From assembly GCA_963751345.1 (NCBI GenBank), contig CAVVUS010000008.1, positions 8,720 to 72,719 of the forward strand: DNA of 64,000 nt, in the 5' to 3' direction. Below the pieces are notes generated by a model. That model was given only the letters and a program-made list of their open reading frames with translations, was not told the origin of the DNA and did not search any database. The stretch is from an uncultured Chloroflexia bacterium. Its GTDB lineage: Bacteria > Chloroflexota > Anaerolineae > B4-G1 > SLSP01. The number at the start of each line of letters is the position of its first letter. Within the stretch, counting starts at the first letter, position 1. The position numbers were made by a program, and so were the translations under genes. This document shows, one piece after another, positions 53,982-64,000 of the stretch.

Positions 53982-53991
53982 CTGGTCGTCT

Positions 53992-54414
53992 TCATACGGG
54001 ATACGCCCTCCCCGTCTCGTGGAACTGCTCTAGAATCTCGCGCCGCTCTTCGTTGAGCTTTATGTAGAAGGACAACGTCAGCATCTCGAACTCGTCCGCG
54101 GCGTGGAGGTCCGCGCAGTAGATACGCCGGTCGGCAGCGACCACCTCTTTCTGCAGCACCGTCGAGACCCGCCGCACGTTGACCAGGTCGACGTCGCGCC
54201 GGAGCAACGACTGCAGATCGAATCGCAGGGCACTCATTGCGAGACTACCCGTGGCCTTGGCGACCGCAGGGGGCAGCAGCACGGCAATGTCGACATCGCT
54301 CGTAGGCCACTCGTCCTCGGTGCCGTAGGAGCCAAAGAGGTAGATCGCCTGCACCTCAGGATAGGCAGCGGTGATTGCCTCAATCAGTGCATCGGCTGGG
54401 ATTTCGTCTGTCAT
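53992..54414 (-). CDS. mntA: Minimal nucleotidyltransferase antitoxin
   Basis: IYLFGSYGTEDEWPTSDVDIAV (GSx10DxD), RDVDLV, Y.KLNEERREIL; directly upstream of the HEPN gene. Confidence 0.88.
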   Translation of the reverse strand: MTDEIPADALIEAITAAYPEVQAIYLFGSYGTEDEWPTSDVDIAVLLPPAVAKATGSLAMSALRFDLQSLLRRDVDLVNVRRVSTVLQKEVVAADRRIYCADLHAADEFEMLTLSFYIKLNEERREILEQFHETGRAYPV

Positions 54415-54598
54415 GTCTGCATTATACGCCGGTCACCGAACTCGACCAAGGAGGTCGCGAGAGCCGCCCGAGGCATACAGCGGTTGGCGCACGTCGGTCG
54501 TGCACCCCTCACTTGCCACGTCGCAGGGGTGCCTCGATAATGGTGCTTGTGTGCTCGCACGTCGGCCTATTGGGCCGGCGCCCACAGAGGAGTTGCCT

Positions 54599-55741
54599 AT
54601 GCCCGACACGATGACACCTCGCCAGCGGATGCTCGCAGCGATTCGCAACGAGATACCCGACCGGGTGCCGGTGGCGCCCGATATCTCCAACATGGTGCCC
54701 ACGCGGCTCACGGGCCGGGGGTACTTCGCCGTCTATATCCACGAGGATCCGCCACTCTGGCAGGCCTACATCGACGCCGTCAAGTACTACGGCATCGACG
54801 GGTGGTTCACCTACGGCGGCGTGGATCTGACCACGGAAGGCGTGTCCTCGACCGAGCGCTGGATCTCCGACACCGACGAGATGAAGGTGAAGGAGGTCAC
54901 CATTCGCACGCCCGCCGGGGATCTGGTCCAGCAGATCGCCTACTCCTCACGCCAGCCCCCCTTCCTGCTTCAGAAGCCCATCCGAGATATCGACCGGGAC
55001 TGGCCCCGGTTCAAGTACCTGCTCGGGCCGATCGTCGCCGCCAACTACAGCTTGATTGAGGCACAGCGGGCAGCGCTGGGCGACCTTGGCGTGTTGGGTG
55101 GGTCGGTGCCCACACCGGGCTTCCACATCTGGAGCGAGTGGTTTGAGGGCGGGGTGCAGACACTGAGCTATCTGATGGTGGACCGACCGGCGTTGCTCGA
55201 CGAAATTGCCGAGCTGCACCACGACCGGTTGATGCGCGAGCTCGACTATGCGCTGGAGGCAGGGTACGACTACCTGCTCACCGGCGGATCGGGATCGGTC
55301 ACGCTGGCCTCGCCAAAGCTGTGGCGCCGCCACGCGCTGCCGACGCTCAAAGCGCTCTGCGACCGCTGTCGCGACGCCGGGCTGCCGACGATGATTCACT
55401 CCTGCGGGAAGGAGCGCTTCATGGTCGACGTCTGCGCGCACGAGACCTCGCTCAACTGCATCAACCCGTTGGAGATCCCGCCGATGGGCGACGTCACACT
55501 GGCGGAGGCCAAGGCCATCGTGCAAGGGACCCAACTCTCGCTGATGGGCAACCTTCATACCACCGATGTGATGCTGCGCGGCACGGCGGAAGACGTGCGG
55601 GCGGCGTCGCGCCAGGCCATCGACGATGCGAGCGCGGGTGGCGGCTTCATCCTGTCGACCGGCGACCAGTGCGGCTGGGCCACGCCCGACGAGAACATCC
55701 GCGCGATGGTCGAGGTGGCGGAGACCTACGGGCGGTATTGA
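54599..55741 (+). CDS. URO-D/MtaA-like protein
   Basis: MTPRQRML....PDRVPV, IHSCG, NPLE.PP.GD, LMGNL, GGGFILSTGDQC...TP.ENI; GAGGAG RBS. Confidence 0.88.
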   Translation: MPDTMTPRQRMLAAIRNEIPDRVPVAPDISNMVPTRLTGRGYFAVYIHEDPPLWQAYIDAVKYYGIDGWFTYGGVDLTTEGVSSTERWISDTDEMKVKEVTIRTPAGDLVQQIAYSSRQPPFLLQKPIRDIDRDWPRFKYLLGPIVAANYSLIEAQRAALGDLGVLGGSVPTPGFHIWSEWFEGGVQTLSYLMVDRPALLDEIAELHHDRLMRELDYALEAGYDYLLTGGSGSVTLASPKLWRRHALPTLKALCDRCRDAGLPTMIHSCGKERFMVDVCAHETSLNCINPLEIPPMGDVTLAEAKAIVQGTQLSLMGNLHTTDVMLRGTAEDVRAASRQAIDDASAGGGFILSTGDQCGWATPDENIRAMVEVAETYGRY

Positions 55742-55966
55742 GCGACCCTTTCCTCCGGCGGGGCGTAGTCTTGGGTTGTCTCGACGATAGGAGATGGCGG
55801 ATCCGGATCTCGAGCCGGACTTCGCCGAGGGAGTGCAGGCGCTGCTGACGGCCCATCCTGGGCGTAGCCCAAGGATCTGCCCGCAGGTGCACCGGTACAA
55901 CCACGACGTGGCGTCAAGCATCTGTGCACCACCAGCCGTCGCCAGAGCGGGCGAGACGTCTATGGG

Positions 55967-56134
55967 CATGAAGCTAAGGACAAGCGGCACAGTGCCGGGG
56001 ATCTTTCTGAAGTCCCCGGCACTTGAAAGCAAGTTAACGGCGGCCGTGGGTGCCTTCGTTTCAGGTGCCGGGGACCTCGCGCCGCCGACGGCGCCAAGGC
56101 TCCCCGGCACCGTCTCGGCGGCCTTAGCTTGATG
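55967..56134. repeat. Composite palindromic element: 13-bp terminal inverted repeat enclosing two GTGCCGGGGA/TCCCCGGCAC hairpins
   Basis: catgaagctaagg (55967-55979) and ccttagcttgatg (56122-56134); stems 55991-56023 and 56064-56111. Confidence 0.7.
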
Positions 56135-56321
56135 CACATGGGCGAGCCGCCCGCGGTCCACAGAGGGCCTTCGTCGATCAGGTGGCATCGGCTATCCGTG
56201 GACGGTCATCGTCAGGTGTCCTGCCCCTGTCCTGATACACAGCCGGAGGGGGAGCGCAGGTTGTGCATCGCACTCTCACGGAGTACCATGGGCGAATCCT
56301 CATACGACCAAGGATGGTTCT

Positions 56322-57846
56322 ATGCGCGCACGCGTCAAGATAGATCTTGAGCGGAAGCTGGGCCTCATCGACCGCAACATCTACGGGCAGTTCATGTGCC
56401 GGCGGCCCGGCGTGTCCGAGGGTGGACTCTACGCCCCGGAGAGCCCCAAGGCCGATGTCCACGGGCTCCGATCCGATGTGGTCGCGGCAATCCGCGAGCT
56501 GCGTCCACCGCTGATCCGCTGGCCCGGCGGCTGCACCGGGACGAGCTATCACTGGATGGACGGCGTCGGACCGGTGACGCAGCGCCCCACGGCTATCGAT
56601 CTGCATTTCGGATGGGCGGCGCATTACGGCTTTGGTACCGACGAGTTTGTCGATTTCTGCCGTCGCATCGGCGCGGAGCCGCACTTGAACCTGGCGATGG
56701 GCACCGGCACGCTGGAGGAAGCCGCGGCCTGGCTGGAGTATTGCAACGGGACGCTCGATACCACCTATGCCAATCTGCGTCGCCGCTACGGTCACGAGGC
56801 GCCGCACAACGTGAAGTATCTGGCAGCTTGGCAATGAGAACTACGGTCCCTGGGAGATCGGCTACACGACGGCTGAGGCCTACGGGGCGGAGGCGCGCGA
56901 GTGGGCCAAGGTGATGCGAAGGTTGGATCCCTCGATCTCGATCATCGCCGTGGGGGGGCACGACGAGGTCGGCGGCGAATGGGCGCGCAAGGTGGTGCCC
57001 GAAGTCGGTCCCTACGCGGACTACATTGCCCTTCACACGTACTGGAGCGCCGAGCCGGGCCGCGATCCCTGGGCCACAATCTTGAGCGGGCCGGCTCGTG
57101 CGGAGCTGGCGATCGAGGATCTCAGCGCCGCGATCCAGTGGGCGCGCCGCCGAGACCGGCGCTGTCGCGACCTGAAGATCGCGATTACCGAGTGGAACGC
57201 GACGCCGGTGGGCGGGATGATGGCCAATCACCCGGAGATGAACCCCTTCGGTCCAACTTACCACCTGCGTGACGCGCTGGCGGTGGCCAGCTTCCTCAAC
57301 ATTATGCAGCGCCACTGCCGTGAAGTCACGCTCGCGAACATCGCGCAGACGATCAACGTCGTGGGGCTGATCATGGTGGTCGGCGAGGAGGTGTGGCGCG
57401 AGCCGGTCTATTGGCCGCTGTGGATGCAGACGCGCTACAGCGGGCCCGTCGCGCTCGACGCGCTGGTGGAGAGCGAGACCTTCGACGAGCCGCCGCTGCC
57501 CGGCAGGCGTCCGGGACCCTTCGAGGTCGAGCGCCGGACACTGGAGGGCATCCCCTACCTGGATTGCTCGGCGACGGTCGACCCGGAGCAGGGCAAGCTC
57601 TATCTCTCGCTGGTCAACCGTCATCGCGATCAGCCCATCGTCGTGCACGTGGATCTGCCCGAGGTGCCGGTGGGATCTGAAGGGACCGTGCACCTGTTGA
57701 CCCACGACGACCCCATGGCGATGAACGGGCCTTCCGCTCCCGACAACGTGAGGCCGACGGTCTATCAGGAGAGCGGGTTCGGCGCCGCGTTCGATTGGGA
57801 GCTGCCGGCGCACGCCTATGCAATCCTGGAATTGGGGCTGAGATGA
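56322..57846 (+). CDS. GH51 alpha-L-arabinofuranosidase-like (frameshift near 56820)
   Basis: IYGQF, IRWPGGC, Y.W.DGVGP, FGTDEF, W.LGNE (after frame repair), ITEWN, ANIAQTINV. Confidence 0.9.
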
Positions 57847-57899
57847 TGACGTCAGCTCACCATTTCGGCGCGCCGGCGTTTGACTGAGGGTTGTCTGCG

Positions 57900-59003
57900 A
57901 TGCCCCGCTCGCTTTCCCGCCGCGAACGCGTCCTCCGTACGATGGCCTGCCAGGAGACCGACCGCGTGCCGGTCTACGACCTGCTCTACTGCGACGGCGC
58001 CATCGAGCACTTCGGCGGCGGGAGGATCCCGCCGCGGGTGGACACGCCTGAGAACCGTGAGGCCGCCAAACGTCTGACCGGGCGGGCGGTCAATGCCATG
58101 CTCGACATGACGCGCTCCTGGGGCTTCGGCCCACTGGTCGACCGCGACACAACCGAGGAGTATGGCTTCGGGATCCACGAGGCCGCGTGGGAGAAGACGG
58201 CGTGGGTAACCCACCGGCCCTTCGATGACGTGCCCGGCGCCCGGCGTTACCTCGAGTGGCTGATCGTCCGGACCGCTGCCGAGACCAGGGAGATCGAGGC
58301 CAATCCACAGGCCTACGGCGAGCGTTTCCGCCACGAGTTCCTGGCGAACACCGTGCCCTATACCGGCGATACGATCCATCTGCTGGTCCAACACGGCACC
58401 GGCCTCGACGAGATCCTCTACCACCTGGGTTTCACGCTGCTCTCCTACATGATGGCCGACGATCCCGGCATCCTCTCCGAGGCGCTGGAGACGATCACGA
58501 CCAACCACGTCGCCATCTGCCACGCCATCGCCGACCCGGAGCTCTCCCCGGTGGTGTTGACCTATTGCGACGTGGCCTACAAGGGACACCTGCTCTACTC
58601 GCCACGTTTTCTGCGGCGCGAGATCTTCCCGCGGGTGAAGCGGATGAACGACGCGTGGCACGAGCACGGAATCAAGTGCCTCTATCACAGCGACGGCTAT
58701 CTGATGGACGTATTGGACGACCTCGTCGCCATCGAGATCGACGGGCTGAACCCCATCGAGACGGTGGCAGGGATGAGCCTGAAGGACGTGCGGGAGAGGT
58801 ATCCGAAGCTCTTTCTCGCGGGTGGGATCGACATGAGCCAGTTGCTGTCCAACGGCACACCCGACGAGGTGCGCGAGGTGTGCCGCCAGGCGATCCGCGA
58901 TGCCTATCCGGGATACTTCATCGGCTCTACGACGGAGGCCGACAATAGCTGCAAGACCGAGAACCTCGTCGCGATGTACGAAGTGGCAATGGAAGGCGTG
59001 TAA
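57900..59003 (+). CDS. URO-D/MtaA-like protein
   Basis: SRRERVL....ETDRVPV, CDVAYK..LLYSP.FLR..IFP, YHSDG, DGLNPIE, LAGGID. Confidence 0.88.
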   Translation: MPRSLSRRERVLRTMACQETDRVPVYDLLYCDGAIEHFGGGRIPPRVDTPENREAAKRLTGRAVNAMLDMTRSWGFGPLVDRDTTEEYGFGIHEAAWEKTAWVTHRPFDDVPGARRYLEWLIVRTAAETREIEANPQAYGERFRHEFLANTVPYTGDTIHLLVQHGTGLDEILYHLGFTLLSYMMADDPGILSEALETITTNHVAICHAIADPELSPVVLTYCDVAYKGHLLYSPRFLRREIFPRVKRMNDAWHEHGIKCLYHSDGYLMDVLDDLVAIEIDGLNPIETVAGMSLKDVRERYPKLFLAGGIDMSQLLSNGTPDEVREVCRQAIRDAYPGYFIGSTTEADNSCKTENLVAMYEVAMEGV

Positions 59004-59014
59004 GGAGGCGAGCA

Positions 59015-61423
59015 ATGGCGTGGTGGACATCGTTGGTTGGGGAGATCGCGCGGGTGGGCCTCACGTGGCTGAGCCGCAGGCGGCTGCCGCGGGTCGATGG
59101 TGCGCTGCACGTTGCCGGGCCGGAAGGCGCCGTCGAGGTGCTGCGCGACCGGTGGGGTGTGCCGCACATCTACGCTGAGAGCGAGCACGATCTCTACTTC
59201 GCCCAGGGCTTTGTCCACGCGCAGGATCGCCTGTGGCAGATGGATCTCAACCGGCGGCTCGTGGCGGGCCGGCTCGCCGAGGTGCTGGGGTCTGACGCGC
59301 TGCCGCTGGATCGCTGGATACGCACGCTCCGGATGCGATGGGTCGCGGAGCGTGAGGCTGAGGCGCTACCCGCGCCTATGCGAGAGCTTGCTCGAAGCGT
59401 ACGCCGCGGGCGTGAATGCCTGCGCGGCCCAGGGGCGCCTGCCCGTCGAGTTCGCGCTTCTCGGCTATCGGCCCGAGCCCTGGGAGCCGGCGGACACCCT
59501 TTCGTGGGGCAAGATGATGTCGTGGAGTCTCTCGGTCAACTGGGAGGCGGAGCTGTTGCGGCAGCGTCTCGTCGACCGGCTCGGGCCCGAGCGGGCAGCC
59601 GAGCTGGAGCCCGATTTCCTGGGCCGCTGCCCGACGATCATCCCACCGGACTCGGGCGCCGCCGAGGCGGTCAACGCTGCCGCAGCGAGTGCGCTTAGCC
59701 GCGCTGAGGCAGCACGGACCTTTACCGGGCCGTCGGCACTGGACGGGGTGGGGAGTGACAACTGGGTGGTCTGCGGGCTGCGCGATCGGAGACCGGCGCG
59801 CCGCTGCTCGCCAACGACATGCACCTGGGCCTGGACCTGCCTGCCATCTGGTATGAGAACCACCTGGTGTCGCGGCGACCTCAATCTCACGGGAATCACA
59901 TTCCCGGGCGTGCCGGGTGTGGTCAGCGGGCACAACGGGCACGTCGCCTGGGGCTTTACCAATGGCTTCGCCGATGTGCAGGATCTCTACATCGAGCACC
60001 TGCGCCATACGGACGATGGTCGGGTCGAGGCCGAGTTCCGGGGTGCCTGGGAGGAGGCACAGGTCTTCCACGAGGAGTTTCGGGTGAAGGGCGCCGAGCC
60101 GGTGACGGAGGACGTCATCGTGACGCGGCACGGGCCGATCATCAACAGCCTGGTCGGCGACTTCGGGGGTGAGGCGCCGCTGGCGCTGCGCTGGACCTCG
60201 CTGGAGCCCGATCAGCTGCATGGTGGCGCTCCACGCGATGAACCACGCGGTCGACTGCGCCTCGTTCCGGGACGCGCTGCGGCTCTGGTCTGCGCCGATC
60301 CAGAATATGGTCTACGCCGACACCCAGGGCGCCATCGCCTACAGCCTCCCGGGCAGGATACCCATTCGCGCGAAGGGGGATGGGAGGCTGCCGGTCCCCG
60401 GGTGGAGCGGCGACTACGAGTGGACCGGATACATCCCCTTCGACGAGCTACCGCATATGCTCAATCCGTCGAAGGGCTACATCGCCACGGCGAACAACCG
60501 GATTGTCGACGACGCTTACCCGCACTTCCTTGGCTACGACTACTGCGTCGGCGACCGCGCCCAGCGGATCGTTGAGCTCCTCGAGGACCGCGAGCGGATC
60601 GATAGGGACTACATCCAGCGAATGCAGAGCGACCTGGTGGCGCCCCACGCACGCAAGATGGCCGGCTTCCTTGCGTCGCTGCCGGTCGAGGACGCCGACC
60701 TCGAAGCCATGGTGATGCTGATGCGCGAGTGGGACGGCACGCTTCGCACCGACAGCGCCGCCGGTGCGGTCTACGAGGCCTTCGTGCGCGAGATGATCCG
60801 CCTGCTGCTGGAACCCAAGGTGGGCGATCTGGCGGTTCGCGTCGCGGGCCAGGGCCCGACACCGCGTTTGATGGGCGGCACGATGTTTGGCGAGCGGAGC
60901 TGGGAGTGGCTGGAGGTCATCCTCGAGGAGCCGGAGGGCTACTGGTTTGATCTGGGCAGCGGCGAGACCCGCGACGATTGCGTCCGGCTGGCGCTGCGTC
61001 GCGCGGGCGACCGGCTGCGGCAGGAGCTTGGCCCCGATATGAAGGGATGGGCGTGGGGCAAGCTCCACACGCTCACCCTGCGGCACATCCTGAGCCGTGC
61101 GTCAGCCCCTCGATCGTGTCTTCAACCTCGGCCCGATCCCGCTGCCGGGCGATCAGAATACGCTCTGGGCCACCGGCGGCGCCCGCGAGGACGTGCGCGG
61201 GCAGACCATCGTGGGCCCTGTCTACCGGATGATCGTCGACCTGGGCGACGTGCGCAACTCGGTGAGCGTGCTGCTGCCGGGGCAGTCGGGTCGCGTCGGG
61301 AGCGCGCACTACGACGACCAGATCGACGACTGGTTCGGAGGCGGCTACCACCCGATGCTGTATGCCCGCGAGGACGTCGAGGCCGCGGCTGAGCACCGCC
61401 TGCGGCTGGCGCCCGGGACGTAG
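59015..61423 (+). CDS. Penicillin acylase family Ntn-hydrolase (S45; several frameshifts)
   Basis: RDRWGVPHIYA, AQGFVHAQDRLWQMD, GSDNWVV, LLANDMHL, GHNGHVAWGFT, TRHGP, QNMVYAD, ATANN, PGQSG...HYDDQ; AAGGAGG RBS. Confidence 0.9.
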
Positions 61424-61593
61424 CGTTGCCGGTGCCTGGCGCTGCGGTGCGTCGCAAGCCGGATGACCTGGTACGACTGCCGCCCGACGGGCCGTGGCGC
61501 CCCTTCGGCAGCCTGGTCACGGAGCCGGGACAGTGCGCGTGGTATGCGGAGGCACGCTTGACCCACCTGCATGCGCATCCAGCGAATCTGTAT

Positions 61594-62453
61594 CTAGACC
61601 GAGAAAATCAGCGGGTTGCGCCCGCTGATCATCGCTTCAGTCCGTTCGGCGAGTAAAGCATTCAGTTCGGGATGTGTGAGAATGTAGAGCCGCTCGTCGC
61701 GGATCGCGTCGAACGTACAGTCGGCAATGGTCTCAGGAGACAGCATTCCTCCATAATCCTTGTAGCGTTCGGCGACCTCGGACCAGATGGTCTCAAGCGC
61801 TTGTTGCTTCATCGGCCCGGCGGCCTCCCTATTGTGGTAAACAGGCGGCTGGTTACGCTCTGCATCATAGATGCGCGTCCTGACGTGGGATGGACAGAGC
61901 ACCGAGACTTTGAGTTTGGCGTCGCGTTCCGCTAATTCGCGGTAGAGCGTCTCTGTGAGCGCCACCACGCCGTGCTTGGTGACGTTATAGATCCCCTATT
62001 GGGCGGTGCGATCAACCCGGCGATCGAGGCCGTGTTGACGATGTGACACGCGACGTCTTGGGCCAACATCAACGGCACAAAAGTGCGCACCCCATGGATC
62101 GTACCCCACAGGTTGACGTTGATGATCCACTCCCAGTCGACCAGACTATATTCCCACAGCAGGCCGCCCTTGATCACGCCGGCGTTGTTGAAAAGCAGGT
62201 GAACGGCCCCGAACCTGTCCAGCGTCTTGTGGGCCAGGGCTTCCACCTCATTTGCCCTGGAAACATCGGTCTTGACGGCAAGGACATCTGGTCCGCCACC
62301 ACCGAGCTCGCGTTCGGCGTCAGCCAGGGCTGACGCCTCGATGTCTGCCAGGACAACTTTCATCCCCTCGCGCACGCAACGCGCGGCCAGTGCACGCCCG
62401 ATGCCGCTTGCTGCGCCGGTGACAACTGCGACCTTGTCCTGCAAGTCTTTCAC
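61594..62453 (-). CDS. SDR family oxidoreductase (frameshift near 61995)
   Basis: TGAASGIG, NNAGV, NTASIAG, YNVTKHGVV after frame repair, VSVLCP. Confidence 0.88.
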
Positions 62454-62581
62454 AGCTCGGCCCTTCATGATTCGCAAATGACCTGTCTCGATGGACTGGT
62501 ATGTGGGTGCGTTTGTGGTGCGGCTCTGTCGAGACCAGGTACCACGGGCACAGACCTACGTGCTTGATCGCGCCAGCCCAG

Positions 62582-62626
62582 GACGTCAGGTAGACGGCGC
62601 TGTTGGGCCGAGTGCTACCTGACGTC
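62582..62626 (-). terminator. 12-bp perfect hairpin downstream of the NTF2 gene
   Basis: gacgtcaggtag ... ctacctgacgtc. Confidence 0.4.
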
Positions 62627-62687
62627 TCTGTTGGACAGACTGGCAAAGCAGTTACGGCATCGTTTTCGACCGCCCTGGACGATGCGC

Positions 62688-63031
62688 CTACTTGGGAGCG
62701 ATCGTGAACCAGACCGTCTGCAGCCGGATCTGGTCATCGTGGATAACAAAAGTGTCTACCCCGTAAGGGACGGTCGCCACGTCGGACACGCCGGTCCAGG
62801 TGAGGAGGACGAAATCCCCTGCACCCTATGTCCCGTGGGCGAAATCCTGCTATTGGGCATCGCCGATAGCGCGTTGACAAAGTACGTCTGGATCGCATCC
62901 TTGCCGGCGTGAGCGCCCTCCATCGTCATCAGAACGGCGTCGTCGGCATAGTCTGCGATAAATGCAGGGAAGTCGCCATTCGTAAGAGCATCCATATGGT
63001 GTTGGTAGATCTGTTCGGTTGAGCGTGCCAT
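62688..63031 (-). CDS. SnoaL-like/NTF2 family protein (frameshift near 62820)
   Basis: ADYADDAVL, GKDAI; alternative frame GDFVLLTW...GVDTFVIHDDQIRLQT to stop 62688; AAGGAGG RBS. Confidence 0.8.
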
Positions 63032-63146
63032 TTCGTCATCCTCCTTGTACCTAATAGTTGTAGCGCCTTACAGGGTACCTATTGCCGAGGCCGTGTCCCG
63101 GAAAGACACAACCTGCTCTGCGTCCGAACCAGGATGGCTCACACAC

Positions 63147-63991
63147 TTAGTTCCCGTCACCTCCTTTATTGTGTCCCTTGTCGAGTCCCATCACTCTGTC
63201 AGCAAAGTTCAGCAGAACCATCGCCGCGACGTCAAACTGTTGCGCCATCGTGAAATGATCTGCATTTGGAATCACAGCCAATTCCGCCTTGTCTACCATC
63301 CGGTACATTTCCAGCAACTGTTCCGGGGGACACAACCCATCCCGGTCGCCGCACCAGAAAAGCACCGGATCGGTGATTTTGGCAAAGTCAGCCTGGGTGT
63401 GCACCGGCGGATCCCACCAGCCCTGGGATGCCTGGACGAGCAAGGTTTTCCAGTACCCCGGTTCATGTGGAAGGCATCGTGCTTCTCTTGCAGGGAGCGA
63501 ACCACCTCGGGATGCTGCCGGATCACACGCTCAGTATCCACAATCCCCGATCCCTCAAAGCCAAAAACCCCCTGCCTCATCTGGTGCCACTCATCGGTGA
63601 TGGCGTCGAAAACCCCCCCGACCATATATCCCTGGACCAGGCCGGGATACATCATTGCCATATGCAAGGCCGTTTGCCCACCGTTACTGTACCCCACCAC
63701 CAGAGGTCTTTGCAGCCCCAAAGCCTCGATGAATCGGGCTATATCTTCCGCCAACAAAGAGAAGCTGAATAGTCCTGAAGGGTTGTCGGTCCGGCCATGA
63801 GCGCGGCAATCTGGCGTGATGACCTGGTAATGCATCGAAAATGAGGGGATAACTGGCGCCCACATCCGGCAGGTGTCCAGTCCACCGACTAGCAAGATGA
63901 CAGGTGTTCCAGCGCCATAGGTCTCGTAATACATACGCAGGCCGTTGACCTGAATAAACGTTCCTTGATCACTTGACAGAGATTGGTTCAT
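63147..63991 (-). CDS. Alpha/beta fold hydrolase (frameshift near 63450)
   Basis: NGLRMYYE, PDCRAHGRT, nucleophile GYSNGG, GDRD, PNADH. Confidence 0.88.
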
Positions 63992-64000
63992 TGATGTACC

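Noticed and set aside
56023-56047. tgaaagcaagttaa resembles the SpCas9 tracrRNA segment AGCAAGTTAA
   Set aside because: Only about 10 nt match, with no cas9, IscB, TnpB or repeat array in the window; likely chance
55794-56132. 112-aa ORF in the intergenic gap
   Set aside because: It runs through the palindromic element (VPG/PGT peptides), has poor codon bias and no recognisable domain; a weak GGAG lies too close to the ATG
20484-61423. Quorum-quenching system (AHL-lactonase-like MBL plus acylase)
   Set aside because: The genes are 38 kb apart, both families are broad, and substrate cannot be inferred from sequence

Overview
High-GC bacterial DNA with about 57 genes. Gene content and repeat style suggest Chloroflexota/Anaerolineae, which is inference only. 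I found no rRNA, tRNA, CRISPR array, transposase or integrase. About 25 genes, including the housekeeping gene deoD, are broken by 1-2 nt indels, most simply explained as long-read consensus errors, so I reconstructed them across frames by eye. Layout: (1-16.4 kb, minus strand) four CPBP/Abi proteases, GNATs, an ANT(6)-like nucleotidyltransferase, two LCM-type methyltransferases, an acyltransferase, a TMEM175 channel, a DUF2807 lipoprotein and a PAS-GAF two-component system; (16.6-32.5 kb) glycan catabolism (URO-D-like, GH130, GH28-like, sulfatase, GH4 melA, GH38), a UPF0175/DUF3368 TA pair and an ABC-2 exporter; (33.3-40.3 kb, minus strand) an ECF sigma factor overlapping a ~2,100-aa membrane-anchored alpha-2-macroglobulin whose N-terminus looks like an anti-sigma domain, the best candidate for an undescribed system; (40.5-64 kb) MFS/GNAT/SDR/APH genes, SnoaL paralogs, deoD, a sugar-acid catabolic cluster, a HepT/MntA TA pair, two more URO-D-like genes, GH51, a penicillin-acylase-family gene and a lower-GC end. 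Three families of dispersed palindromic (REP-like) repeats occur, one of them apparently inserted in frame inside the GH38 gene.
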